From: Octopus sinensis | Lineage: Eukaryota | Direction of reading: 5' to 3' | Assembly: GCF_006345805.1 (NCBI RefSeq) | Contig: NC_043024.1 | Location: 3,410,001-3,474,000 of the forward strand | DNA length: 64,000 nucleotides | In this document: positions 51,063 through 64,000 of the stretch, piece by piece | Numbering within the stretch: the stretch's first letter is position 1 | How the letters are laid out: every line of letters starts with the position of its first letter | Notes under the pieces: generated by a model | What the model saw: only the letters and a program-made list of their open reading frames with translations | The model's database searches: none | Told to the model about the DNA's origin: nothing | Position numbers and translations under genes: made by a program

Positions 51063-52304
51063 CTAATCCAGGTTCAAATATGACTGCAGGTTCTAAACCA
51101 AGACTTGTCACTTCAGCACCACTCATGTCTTTCAGTGTATATTCAATGTGGTAGAGATCGTTGTAATGGAGGTGCAGGTGTTCCATTTGTCTAGTAATGT
51201 CGGCTTTGTACACTCTGTCGAACTTCCATGGCATTTCGTTCTCGCTACCCAATACGTAGAATTCACCAGCTTTATTTCGGTCAGTACTTCCATGCAATCG
51301 GATGTAATACTCAACGAGAAGGGACTGTTTGTGACCCTCCAGTAAGAAAGTAACGAAAATACGATCCTTAGCTCGACGTTTGTTAATCTCTGTCTGTAAT
51401 TGCGGGATGGACATGCCACTGACGTCAAGTGAGTCGTATTCGTAGTGGAAGCTTTTCGTGTAGTCGAACGCATCGAAAGGAACGGAATGTTCACGGGTTT
51501 GCGAGTCAACGTTGATGTCGCTTGACAAACTGAAAGGAGACATCGGTTGACGAAGAAGCTCGATTGCACAGTTGGCAGAGTTGTATGCATTTCCTCGATG
51601 TTTCTGTAAAGCTTGCCAGATGGCCCAGATTCTATCGACGTTTGAGTGGTGCAGTAAGAAGATTGGGTCGTAAGCAGTGAACTCGAGAGAGGACATTGAA
51701 TAGGGCTCAGTACCTCCAACCAAAGCATGGATATGGTTATGTGCAATTTCAAACTGTACTTCGAACGAACAAAAGTCTTCCTGTTCAAGAGCGTAGATTA
51801 CTTCATTGGTCAAAGAAGTAAATTCACCGAATTTCGGTTGGAGGAAAAGGTCAGCTGAAGGAGCACGAGATGTAGTCTTTCCTATATGGTCGATCGAACC
51901 ACTGAAGAATGGGTTGACGTGAGTTTCGCCATTCATATCGGTATATTGTTCTTCAGCTACAAGGTTCGGAAGTGCGCTGATCGGATTCAGCCAATCCCAG
52001 TAAGGAATTCCACCGTCATAACCGTTTCGTCGTAAACCATTTTCGAAGTTCAATGTAAGTAATCTGTGCCAGTGTGGGAACGTGGCCATTCCATGGTGAC
52101 AACAAGCATATTTATGTTCGGCGTCAGGACTGGGACACCATTCTGTAGAACCGTGGAAGGCAGCCACTTGTTGATAGCCATTCGCTGTTTTATCTGCTTC
52201 GTATTTTTCCAGGGCTTCTCGCAGAGCTGCCATCTGGCTCGCTGTTAGAGTAGACACTTCTTTTCTTGTACGGAAGTTTTCGTCAAATTTAACGTCTGTT
52301 TCAA
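51063..52304 (-). CDS. Hemocyanin FU-c (single exon, ends at a GC donor)
   Basis: AFHG/CCHHG/WHR, HNHIH/FLLHH; attccAG acceptor; AG|GCAAGT phase-1 donor. Confidence 0.95.
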
Positions 52305-53000
52305 CTGGAATACAAGACGATACACAAACAAAATTAGGTTTAGCTCATATTCTATACATCAATGCTGATTGACAGATCAACACTAGAAACTAGAATTGGG
52401 AGACCATTATATAACAGAACGCATATTGAAGTTAAGTGACATCTCACAAACCATGTAACCGAAAATATCTCCGAAATCTAAAGATTTATAAAATAATTTT
52501 TTAATTATTTAAAAATGGAATTTAAAAAAAAAAACGATAGTACAATATAAAAATTTGGTGATTCGCTATAAACATCCCACCGAAAAGTTATTATTCAGTA
52601 TCTAAAAAAAAATTCTTTGAACTTTAATGTTTTGAACACAATTGTAATTTTTTAAAACTAGCAATTATAAATGTAGATAAAGATATATATTGTTTTTAAA
52701 TCTCGAAATTAGTTATAAAGATAGCCTTTAAAGTATATTAAATTAAATTCAAACTATATTCCAACGTATAGTTTGAAATAAAACGTTAGACTTTTTTTCA
52801 GAAGTCCGAGGATAGTCCTTGAAAAGACTGCATGTAGCCGTTCGGCCTCAGCTTTTGTTCTTTTTACTTCTGCTATAGACTGACGAAACTAATGACATTC
52901 AATAACTTGAATGACTAAAACAACCACTTTTGATATTCCATATTATGAGAATTTAAGAAGGGAAAATTCAAGCAAGATAAAAAGAAAGAATTTTCATTAC

Positions 53001-53782
53001 CTTTGCCGGGTTCGAATATGACAATCGGTTGTGAAATAATGGTCGATGGTAAAGCAGTTCCATTGACATCTTTGATATCGACACGGAGAGTGAAATCGCC
53101 AAATGGATCAACACCCAAAGCTTTGAGGGAATCTGTAATTTCTTGTCTGAATAATCGATCAAATCTCCATGGCATTTCCTTGGTGCCACCAAGAATAGAA
53201 ATTGGTGAAGCTAGATATTCGTTACCAGCTGCCACAACATAAAGATCGATATTTGCCGATGTTTTAATACCCCCGAAGAGGAAACCGGCGAATACCCGGT
53301 CATGGGTTTTCTTTTCATCGATGTGTTTCTGCAGTTCTCGAATTGACATGCCGCCAAACGACAGGCTATCAAACGTATAGCCAAGGTTGGCTTGGTAGTC
53401 GTACACATCGGTGGGTATTGCATGTGCTCTGGTGTGTTCGTTATTGTTGAAGGGAGACTCAAAAGCGAATGGTTTGAGAGGTCGATGCACTTCGGAATTG
53501 GCACAATATGCTTTATATGGTTTTCTTCTGTGTATTTGCAGTGCTTGCCATATGGCCCATAACCTGTCCACTTGGGCGTGATGTAACCAGAAGAGAGGAT
53601 CGAACGAAGTATAATGCAGTGACGACATGGAGTAGGCCTCTTTGCCACCAATCCAAGCATGAACAAAATTGTGTGTAACCTCGAACTGAACTTCGAAGTC
53701 ACAGTATTCATCTTGTTCGTAGGCCAATAACAAACCGTCGTATAGTGGACAATGGTCACCTTTGGCTGGTTGGATCAGCAAT
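53001..53782 (-). CDS. Hemocyanin FU-b, exon 2 of 2
   Basis: tatgtAG acceptor phase 2; HNFVH/FWLHH; G|GTAATG phase-1 donor. Confidence 0.95.
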
Positions 53783-54424
53783 CTACATAAAACAAAACAA
53801 GCCTCAATTATATCTTCACACACAAAAAAAAAAAAATTCACTAATATAAATTTTAGCCGATGCATGCTTATTAATAAATTCAAATTAATTAATATTTATT
53901 GAATATAAATTTTACTAATTGTTTTTCGTCTCCCCATATCCTCCTTCACTTCTTCTCGAACATGCTGTGGTAAAATTTTACAGAAAATTTCATGTAATTT
54001 CATGTATATACCATCGATAATCAATCAATCAATATAGTCTAACTATGACCTTTGAAAGACAATCAACAATTAGCCATTGCTCTGTTTGCTTCCGGTATAT
54101 TCTGAATTTCCTAATGGCGTCTCTATGACAATCCACGCAACATACCCGACTGTATTAGCATTATTCTCTCTCTTTCTCTCTCTCTCTCTTTCGTGCGCAC
54201 GTGTGTGCATAGTCTGGGTTTGAAACCTGAACAGTCGTTTCGAAAGTAATCCTCTAGTACTCTCAAATACTTTGATACCAACAAGAGCTATCATTCGACA
54301 AATGTCAAAAAGTGTGCAAGATGGAATAACGGTAATAATAACGAGGAAATGAAGAGCTGTTCTATGAAATGAAGAGCTGTTTCCAATCAATAAAAAAAAT
54401 CGATAAAGGGCCAGAGTTACAAAC

Positions 54425-54887
54425 CTTGGATCAACATCGCGTGTAGTGTAGACCCCGGAATGGAGGAAGTCGATGGAGGCACGGAAGAAAGGATTCGGTT
54501 TACTTTCCAATGTGAAAGGATCTTGATATGTTTCTTCAGCAACCAAAGAGGGCAGATGGGTGATGGGTTTTGACCAATCCCAATATGGCACACCAACTGT
54601 AGATCCTCTGTCAGCGAGGGCGTCCTCAAGCTGCATGATTACAAGCCGGTGCCAGTGAGGAAATGTAGCCATTCCATGTTCACAGCAAGCAATACGATTT
54701 GGAGCATCTGGTCGCGGGCATTTGGCAGGAAGACCGTGGAATTCTGCCAGAGCTTGGTAACCATTAATGGATTTATCCAACATAAAACGTTCCATGGCAA
54801 TTCTTACTCCATATTCTTCTTCCTTAGTGAGGACACTGACATCTTTACGTATTTTGACATCAGCTTTATCAACTTTGATCATCTCAG
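54425..54887 (-). CDS. Hemocyanin FU-b, exon 1 of 2
   Basis: EFHG/CCEHG/WHR; aatttcAG acceptor; AG|GTTTGT phase-2 internal donor. Confidence 0.95.
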
Positions 54888-56015
54888 CTGAAATTGGAGA
54901 AGAGAGACACGTCAAATAGGCGTTAATTTTGAAATAATTCATTTCAATTCAAAACTATTGTCTAAAATATTTCGACATTACATTTGCAGGGAGAACCTCC
55001 TTGCGCTCTTCCCCAGAAATTATAATTTCCTGAATTATGTATCCTTTATCTTTTGTTGTTAATTTTTGACTATATTTAGTAAATTTTCAGCGGCCATGCT
55101 TGAGCAGTGATTGGAGGGTTTTAGTCGATTAAAATCGATCCCTGTACATATTTTAAAATCTTGTATTTATTTGCCGAACCTTTTCCTCGTGGCATATTTA
55201 TGATTCTATTTTCTTTAATTAATTATCAATAGAATATTATTATCATCATTACCATCATCATCATCATCATTTTCCCGATCTCATAATTATATTAGCTTCA
55301 GTTTGAAGAAATATTTATAAGAAGTGGTAGGCCTAAAACGTGGATGTTACGAACTAACTATATGTTGTAGACAAAACACGGATAACCGTGTTAACACAAC
55401 AATTTGCTGCTTGGCTGACTTTAGCAACAGCTTAGCCTCTGGTGAGGATTCTTTCAAGAAGTCTGCTTACCTTGTTGCCTAAATTTTCACTACCGTTCAC
55501 GCTTGATGTAATGAAGACCTTCAAATCACATCAGCTCGCGGATTTTACAGCCTTCCCCTACTTATAAATAACCATAGATCGTATTCGGCGACGCAGAGAG
55601 CTTAATTAATATTACTATATCTACAATTAACCAGATTAGTAATGAAATCAGATAAATCTCAATTACAATGTGAACTTCATTTTACAAAAAAAAAAAAAAA
55701 ACTTTATCTGCGGAATAAATCTTAAATGTTCCTGTTGTGAAGACATCTTCAGATTTTACTTTCGATCAAATGATGCTGTTGTTTAGCCCTGTTTATGTAG
55801 ACTTACGAACAAAGCCATTACAACTGCGAACAATCCATATATTTGTGTATATGGAAGTACATTTAGTAATGTATTCCGTCTTATTTAGATTGTAATTTGA
55901 GGAAGATTTAGTTGCTATTTCTTGATAGCCGTCTGATCGAATGATTTAGTGACTTGTGTTATTTACCGGTGTTTAAAACGAAGTTTCTGTCGAAATATGT
56001 TTGAATGGTACTTAC

Positions 56016-57248
56016 GGTCGTGATGTCCAACTTCCGGTATGTAGGTAACAATTGGTTTCGGAATAATATCACTAGGCAGATGACTTCCGTTGATGGCAGT
56101 TACTTCGGCTTTCAGATAATAGTTTCCATCCAATTCCAATCCTAACGACTTGACAGTATCGGTGATGTCATGAAGATAAGGATAACCGAAATCCCATGGC
56201 ATTTCTCTTTTACCACCAAGGATGAAGAATTCTCCAGCGTCGTGATGGCAGTCATCACTTTTTCTTGAATCTTTGCTCGGGATACACACCGAGATATGGA
56301 CATTAGCAGATGTCTTGATGCCGCCCAGTCGGAAGTTGGCGAAAGATCTCGGATGAGATTGACGTTCCTTTAATAAGCTGTCTAATTCGGAAATGCTCAT
56401 TCCATTCAATGTGAGATCGTCGTAATTATATTCCAAATGATCGGCAGTAAATATATCGGCTGCCTTAGCGTTGTTCTTGGTCAGTTCGATCGGGTTAGAA
56501 TCTCGTCCGAACGGTTCCATGGGAGTATGCAACAGGTTCAAACCGCAGTTAATTTTGCTATCGTGACCTCGATGTTTCTGAAGCGCTTGCCATATAGTAA
56601 ACAGACGCTCAACGTTGGAATGATGCAAAAAGAAGAGTGGGTCGTATGAGGTGTACTCCAGACTAGACATAGAATAAGTATATCTGCCGCCAACTAAGAA
56701 GTGCACTGGATTGTGAGCTACCTCGAATTGAACTTCAAATCGACAATATTCTTCCTGTTCAAAAGCCATCAAGATGTTCTCCAGTAAGCTGTTTTTCTTT
56801 CCATGTGAAGCGTCGAAAAGATGGTCATCAACTGCTCTTGCAGTGGATTTCTTCTCAAAAGCAATGGCACCCGAATAAAAGACATTTTTCTTTGCTTTCT
56901 CGCCGCTGGGGTCAATAAACAACGGATGCTGCACCAGTGCCGGCAGTTCGGACATCGGCTGTGTCCAGTCCCAATAGGGGACGCCATGAGTTGACCCATG
57001 ACTTGCCATAGCCTGTTCGAATTGTACAAGGTACAGCCTGTGCCACAAAGGAAACGTAGGCATACCATGCAGGCAACATACCACTGTGCTACCATCGGCA
57101 GCTTTGCAGTCGGCCGGTTCTCCGTGATAGGCTGAAATAGCCTGGAAGCCAGTTGGACCTTCGTCCTTTTGCATAGAATATAAGGCCACTTGTAGACTGA
57201 CAACTTCATCCTGGGTCAAGCTGTCGACATTTTTGCGGACGAATTTAC
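56016..57248 (-). CDS. Hemocyanin functional unit a (single exon)
   Basis: AYHG/CCLHG/WHR (CuA) and HNPVH/FFLHH (CuB); phase-1 splice sites at both ends; 1233 nt. Confidence 0.97.
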
Positions 57249-57768
57249 CTGAAGGAAAGACAGAAAAATAATGATTATAAGAAAACCATACAAGAAGAAT
57301 AAAAACAAAACATAAAGGAAACGAAACGGAAAACATAGGACAGTTAATATTTTACCCTATTTAGGGCGGGGAGCTGGCAGAAGCGTTAACACACTGTGCG
57401 AAATGCTTAGCGGTATTTCGTTTGCCGCTACTGTCTGAGTTCAAATTACGCCGAGGTCGACTTTGCCTATCATCCTTTTGGGGTCGATTAAATAAGTACC
57501 AGTTACGCTCTGGGATGGATGTAATCGACTTAATCCATTTGTCTGTCGTTGTTTGTTCCACTATGTTTATCCCCACCCCCACCCGTGAGCAATAAAAAAT
57601 GAATTTTTTACTCTGGTGGTTTTACTTCTTAACTTTTTTTCTCTTTCTAAGCGTCAGTCTAAGAATATCAACTGCAAAGTTTCCTTACACTTTTATAATT
57701 GTTTTGTATTTGCTTTTGATTTTGTCATTTGATTTGCTTTAAATATAGAGATTTTTATGCTTGTATGC

Positions 57769-57799
<31 letters not shown>

Positions 57800-58630
57800 T
57801 GTATGTATGTATGTATGTATGTATGTATGTATGTATGTATGTATGTATGTATGTATGTATGTACGTACGTATATATATTATATAGATATGTATATACCCA
57901 GTAAGGAAGGCAGTGCTCATGATTCTTTACAAGGCTTCCGAGAGTGATAAGAGGGAGGAAGGAAAACACCCTGAAGGATTGTGACATTGTGGACAACGCT
58001 AAAGATCCTCAAAGGTCCGGGTGGGTGGTGGTGTTGACCTGGACGACGAGTTCAGTCTAGTACCCACCAAGTCATAGTAATATTTGAACTCACAGCGCAA
58101 AAAGTGTAACAAATACCGCAAGGCATCTGATACAGTGTTCTTACAGAACCGCTAATCTCCTTGGGATGCTACTTATGTTTTCGGCCTTGAAAGGATGAAT
58201 GTAAAGTTGACATTAGCAGGAATTGAACTCAGAACGTAAAGAGCTTGAAGTATCTGACATCTGGCTCGAAGTTTTTCATCTGATAACTTTCAAAACCAGG
58301 ACAGCAGCTGTCAAGATCGAATGCGAGAGGACTTTCAACTCCTGTGTGTTCAAAGAACAACCAACGAATTTGTGTAATTTGAAGGAAATTTAGCGATCTC
58401 TAGCAAGTCGAATGTCCAAGTCGAGACTCCTATTTGGAGAGGACTATCTCGTTAATATATCTTGCGTTGAAACTTATGGCTGTTGACGGCATAAAGATAT
58501 AAACATCTTGTGGCATCGTAATATCACAGAGAAAATGTATGAGCTCATAACATAAATGATATATGTATGTATGCGTGTGTACATGTATGTATGTATGTAT
58601 GTATGCATCTATACATATGTACATACGTAC

Positions 58631-58671
<41 letters not shown>

Positions 58672-60564
58672 TTTGTGTGTCTATAAATGTATGTATATAT
58701 AAATACGGAAGCATGTAGCTTAGTGGTTAGGGTGTTGGACTCATGATCGTAAGATTGTGGTTTCGATTCTTGGACCGGGTGATAAGTTGTGTTCTTGATC
58801 AAAACATTTCATTTCACATCGCCCCAGTCCACTCAAATTGCAAAAGTGAGTAATCCTGCGACAGGCCGGCATCTCGTTCAGGTGCGAAATATATGCGCCA
58901 TGGAAACCAGAAAACCGGAACTTATGAGCCTGGCATGGCTCGAGGAAGAAATATTTATTTTTTATTTTTATATATAAATATATGTGTATATATATAAATG
59001 GATGCATGTATGTGTAAATGTATGCATGTATGTATACATGTATAAATATTTGTAATCTTTATTATCATTATTGTTATTCTGGTTTGGTTAAGGTTCGGTC
59101 TTATTTCTAGTAATTTCTATTTCCATTCGTCTTATCGAGTAGAATCTGGTTCCTTACAAAGACACGAAACTCCATCTATGTTTGATTTTGCATCACAACA
59201 GCGGGGTAAAGTTGGATGTTAAACTTTATTAAAGTCTTGCAGTGTTTTACTCTTCTCGTTACAACTTATCTCTTATTATAAAAGGCAGATTTTATCTGCC
59301 TCCCTTTGTAACTTATAGAAATCTACAATATAGGATTTCTTCAATTACAATTTACCTAGCATTTTTAAGAGTAGAATGCATCGGGTCATGCCAGGTCCAG
59401 TTTTTAAAATTTAAACTCCAATTAAGCAAAATTTACAGAAAACTCACATTCTGGTGTGTATGTCAAATGCTTTTCTTAATGTGGTTTACACCACACGCGC
59501 ACACACAGTGTGCAACGAATAAAATGAAAGTAAATAGCGACAGAGTGATTTGAGGAAGACTAAACTGAAAGTATTTAAACCACTACTCAAAAAATAAAAA
59601 AACACAGCAAACAGAAACAAATAAATACATAACGATTTACTCTTCACACAATTTCTTCAATTAGAGTTTACCTAAGATTTTTCAAAGTACTCCATTCGGT
59701 CATGCCATAATATATTTCTTTCAATTTCACCCCCAATTAAGACAAAATTCGAGAAAACTCAATATTTTAACATTTCACTCCGAAAGCATTGATGTACATG
59801 TGTGCGTGCGTGAGTGTGTGTGTGTGTGTTTGATGGGTTGTGCGACACAGAAAGTGTGGTGTGTAAGTGAAGTGCTTTTGTTAGTGTGTGTAAAGAGACA
59901 GACAGAGTGAAAGACAGAAATAACTGAACTTTTTTTATTCACTTTTTGTAGTGAGTGACTGAGAGAGAAAAGAGAGAGAGAGGTTATGTATGTATATATG
60001 TATGTATGGCTTCAGTGACACACACACACACAAAAACACATACCTACGTACACCTAAAGCACGCACACACACACACACAAGCGGAGCGCGAACTTCAAAA
60101 TTTTGGTAGTATTAATTTGCGAGCGTACTTCTAAGCGCGCGTAATTGAAAGTTTTCACTATGATATCATCACGTGCGAAAAAATTCGAAGGGTTTTGAAC
60201 AATTGAGATACAGATGTCACGCCTGTATTGAAACCATTGCTAAGCTGCCGTAATTGCTTAATTAAGACTTTGTTTAAATTGAAAGGGGCAAATATGTGAC
60301 GAGGTTGAAAAAAAATACCCCAGAAAAAAAAATGTACTGCTGGTATTTATATAATTCACTACTATTTTGCTACAATGTCATGAAAAAGAAAAAATTTAGG
60401 TATGTAAATCGAATTCGCCACCCCCTTTTCCCCGTTCGCGTCTGTGTAAAAACAATTATTATTTAAGTTTTAAAAATTATTTACTTTGTTCAAAAAATAT
60501 TAATATTAATTAATTTTCCAGAATTATTTAATTTTATTCTGTAAAATAGTAATTAATTCATTTA

Positions 60565-60921
60565 TCTGTAAATCCGCGAGGTTGTTACTCAGGCACCTAG
60601 AATGGTAACCTTCAACTAACACTATCTCCTCCGAGACCCTGCGGCGCAAGTTGACCAAAATTGAGAGTATGGTAGAAGAAGGGTTGCTCTTCCTTCCGTA
60701 GAACATAAAATTCAAATCGGACCATGTTAACACCAAAAATTATTTACATCAAAAAGATGCTTTTTTCTATGAAAATCCCTATTTTTTACGATTTTTTCAC
60801 TGCTGTGTCGCCACTTTTCGGTGTATTTCGACCAGAAAAATGTTCACAAAATTTTTACTTTTCAAAATTACAATTCCAGCGGGTCGAAACAAACCCGAGC
60901 AACGCCGGGTGATACTGCTAG
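60565..60921 (+). mobile_element. Possible non-autonomous Helitron in hemocyanin intron 2
   Basis: 3' hairpin CCCGAGCAACGCCGGG followed by CTAG|T; A|TC 5' end only tentatively placed. Confidence 0.45.
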
Positions 60922-61528
60922 TATTTACTAAGAGATCAAGAGAGAGTTAGGTAGTCTTTTTCTTTATATGAAAAGCATCGCGTTTCGAGATTGCCACATG
61001 AATACATGTATTATATGCTATTATTTAGTTTTATCTCAAGATTTCTTGCCAATGGAGAAAGAACCGTCTTTGGAATTTCATTAACATCATAGATGCTTTG
61101 GTCTTTGTGTGCAAGTCTTTGTGCATCAGTACATGTGCAGATTTGTATGTTGTGCTTTATGCATGTGTATTCATATGCATAGTTACATGTCTAGACACAT
61201 GCATATGTATGCATATGCTAAACTTCTGGAAAGTTTTACGTATTTTGACAATTCTCTTGATGGCTTGGAGTTGCTGTCTTTTAATTAGCTTTCTCCTTTC
61301 TGGTTTTGAGAAGCCTAATTTCTCCAGATCGGTACTGCTCCGATGATGTATGTATGTATGTATGTATGTATGGATGGATGGATGGACGGATGGACGGATG
61401 GACGGACGGGTGTATCATTGGATGGATGAAGCAGTGACTGGATACATCCATCCATTGCTCGTGTATGAGTGTGTTTGTGTTTGTGTTGTATGTTTGTAAT
61501 GGAAAGTATATTGGAACGACAAACTCAC

Positions 61529-61559
61529 CGTTTGTAATTACTGGTACAAATATGGAGAT
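61529..61559 (-). CDS. Hemocyanin exon 2 (signal peptide part 2, ISIFVPVITN-G)
   Basis: ttccccacAG acceptor, G|GTGAGT phase-1 donor joins the FU-a exon to give G-KFVRKN. Confidence 0.85.
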
Positions 61560-61695
61560 CTGTGGGGAAAGAAACAACAATAATCAATGAATGAAACATA
61601 GAGAGAAAGAAATTAACTTAAAATGCAATTAATTATAATTTAAAACGGACTAATAAACGATAGAATTAGAATGGAAATGAGAGAAATATTCTTAC

Positions 61696-61746
61696 GATAC
61701 AAAGAATAGTCGCGCCAAGCAACCATGGGCTGCGTGTGGGTGCCAT
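61696..61746 (-). CDS. Hemocyanin exon 1 (signal peptide part 1, MAPTRSPWLLGATILCI)
   Basis: AACAACATGG start context about 45 nt after a TATA/Inr; ATC|GTAAGA donor phase 0; octopus hemocyanin signal peptides are known to be split by an intron. Confidence 0.85.
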
Positions 61747-61788
61747 GTTGTTGAGAAGAACAGCTTGGCCCTCTGAAGGAAAGACCAC

Positions 61789-61823
61789 ACTGTGGAATGG
61801 ATGTCTGCAGAGAAGTATATATA
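61789..61823 (-). promoter_or_regulatory. Hemocyanin core promoter: TATA box and initiator-like CAGT
   Basis: TATATATA at 61823-61816; the A of ccACAGT at 61791 is 32 nt from the first T, the canonical spacing. Confidence 0.7.
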
Positions 61824-62479
61824 GCGGTGAGGTTATGGAGAGAATCTGTACATTTTGACAATCTGATCTGAACACGTGAAGCAGAGGTCTAGAAAATAGC
61901 GTAAACACGACACAGGTCAGAAGTTCATTAAACATTTGCTGGAATCTGTGGGGTTTTTTGTTGTTGTTGTATTTGTTTGTTTGTTGTTGTTTTTGGTTTG
62001 TTTACGCTGAACAAAAATAAAATAAAACGAAAATAAATAATTAAAACATCTTATAAAACAATAAAAAAAATCAATAAACGAAATTTAGTGAAATTTGATT
62101 TTTTTTGCTTTGAAAGAAACTGTGACTACATCACCTTACTCTTTGTGTATGAGTGTGTGTATGCGCGCGCGCGCATACATGCAAACATATTCATACACAT
62201 TCTCACGTTCATACACACACACATCCATGCACACATACATTCATACTCTTATATTTCCATACATGCGAGCGCGCACTCTCTCTCTCTTACTTTCTCTCTT
62301 TCTCTCTCCCAATCTCTCACACCCACATACACAGTAATCTATCGTAGGTCGAAGATTCATCCATTCAACCCACGCATAATGATATGTTTTATTCTTCTTT
62401 GTATTATTTTCTTTGTCACGTAACTCATATCAGATTTTGGTTTTTCTCTTTTTCTTTTCCTTTATGTATTCCGCAAAGC

Positions 62480-63690
62480 TGGGGCTCTGATCACTCGACT
62501 TAGATCAACCGAAAGCTTTCGATAGGGTCGACTACCACTACTTGGCAGCTGTCCTCGCAAAAGCTGGTTTTGGTCCCTTCTCTGGGGATAGGATTGTCGT
62601 AATGTACGGCGACATTCGTTAAATGTTTAAGGTAAATGGCCACCAATAGAAATCCTTCAGTATCAAGCACTCGGCCCATCAAGATTGTCTCCTCTTGTCT
62701 CTTCTGTATTCTTGGGCCACTATGGCAGAAATTGGAGACATTAGGACATCCGTATCAGTAGATGTGGACGGCATCAGCGTTATAGCATCGGACATCAAGG
62801 ACATTGAAGTGATCGGCTCCGTTTTAAGGAACTACGAGGGGGTGACAGGAGCCAAATTCAACCAAGACGTCAGTGGGGCTACAGCTGGGCACTTGGAGAG
62901 GCAGGTTCATCCCGGTCGTCAATGGTGTGGAGCGATGAACAGACGGCCCGATTAAATTGCTCGAGGTCTAATTTGGTCTAGACCTTCAGGTGGAGAACTG
63001 AGACAGGTGACGTGTAGCGTGGTTAGTTACACAAGAAATGGGCCAAGAGGAAGTTATCCCTGAAAAATGTGGCTGAGGTGACAAACACTTACACACCTCC
63101 GTCTTCTGCTACCGTTTGACCGAAGTGTTTGTCCCAGTTCATGTCTGACCGAAACGTCTATTCTTCCACGTTTAATAAAGGACGTGTTCCACTTACAATC
63201 AACACCCTGTGTGGAGAGAGCTGGACATGCCGTGGATGATGAAACGTCGGCATGTACAGAGGTTGCGACAGCAATTCCCTTGAAAGTAAACAGGTGTGGT
63301 CACCGTTTGTCAAGTGCGTTCTCCCACAAATCTTCTCCTTGAAAGAATTGCTGTCTTGGGTCAAGCAAAGACCGAGACTGGATGATTGGCACCTGGAATG
63401 TCGTCAAGTACTCATAAGCCTCTACCAGTCGGGTAATGTGGCGGGTGTTCTACAGGGTATTAGTGACATGCAAAAAAAAAGAGGTCCATGGGGTAACTCT
63501 GATTATCGATGAGAATCAACTGGCTTGTCTGTTCCGGAGAACTTTCGAGCCTGAGTCCATTAACAATTTCCAGAAACTGTTTCCTGCAAATGTTTCCGGG
63601 GGCATTGCCGGTTCAGGATAAACTTTACAGTCATGAAAGTTCCGCTGGCTGGGCATTGGCATGATGGGATCAGAGGAACGAAACCGCTTT
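62480..63690 (+). mobile_element. Decayed Tx1/L1-clade ORF2 (RT) fragment upstream of the hemocyanin promoter
   Basis: LDQPKAFDRVDYHYL...AGFGP...KVNGH and EVIGSVLRNYEGVTGAKFN with stops and frameshifts. Confidence 0.8.
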
Positions 63691-64000
63691 CCACACACAT
63701 AAATGCAGGAGTGGCTGTGTGGTAAGTAGCTTGCTTACCAACCACATGGTTCCGGGTTCAGTCCCACTGCATGGCACCTTGGGCTAGTGTCTTCTACTAT
63801 AGCCTCGTGAGTGGATTTGGTAGACGGAAATTGAAAGAAGCCCGTCGTATATATGTATATGTATATATATATATGTGTGTTTGTCCCCACAGCATCGCTT
63901 GGCAACCGATGCTGGTGTGTTTACGTCCCCGTAACTTAGCGGTTCGGCAAAAGAGACCGATAGAATAAGTACTAGGCTTACAAAGAAGACACATCTTCTC

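Noticed and set aside
59356-59389. Apparent signal-peptide exon MTRCILLLKML-G|GTAAAT on the minus strand
   Set aside because: A diverged copy of the same sequence recurs about 316 bp away (59657-59705), so it is repeat-derived. The exons at 61746-61696 and 61559-61529 have a TATA/Inr, better splice sites and a proper hydrophobic core.

Overview
Repeat-rich octopus (coleoid cephalopod) genomic DNA with three protein-coding genes, each reconstructed exon by exon with matching intron phases. (1) The 3' six exons of ANAPC5 (+, 1252-10026; the 5' part lies outside the window). (2) A complete six-exon COQ4 (-, 30369-14004, 299 aa). (3) A complete 13-exon, seven-functional-unit (FU-a to FU-g) hemocyanin (-, 61746-43076, about 2923 aa), with a TATA/Inr promoter, a two-exon signal peptide, all copper-binding His motifs, one GC-AG linker intron and a phase-1 intron after FU-g that leads straight to a stop. 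The rest is tRNA-derived SINEs, RTE, CR1/L2-group and Tx1/L1 LINE pieces, DNA transposon relics and microsatellites. The feature least explained by ordinary annotation is a set of ten type-I hammerhead ribozyme motifs from six unrelated repeat families. Nine of them lie in 28.9-36.8 kb, from COQ4 intron 1 into the gap towards hemocyanin, in tandem and inverted (Penelope-/retrozyme-like) units bordered by (TA)n. Other notable elements are a TSD-bounded ORF1-only (half-L1-like) retroelement, a TRIM-like mini LTR element, an RTE insertion with a 5' inversion, and a LINE-SINE pair sharing a 3' stem-loop. All folds, alignments and homology calls were made by eye, not computed.
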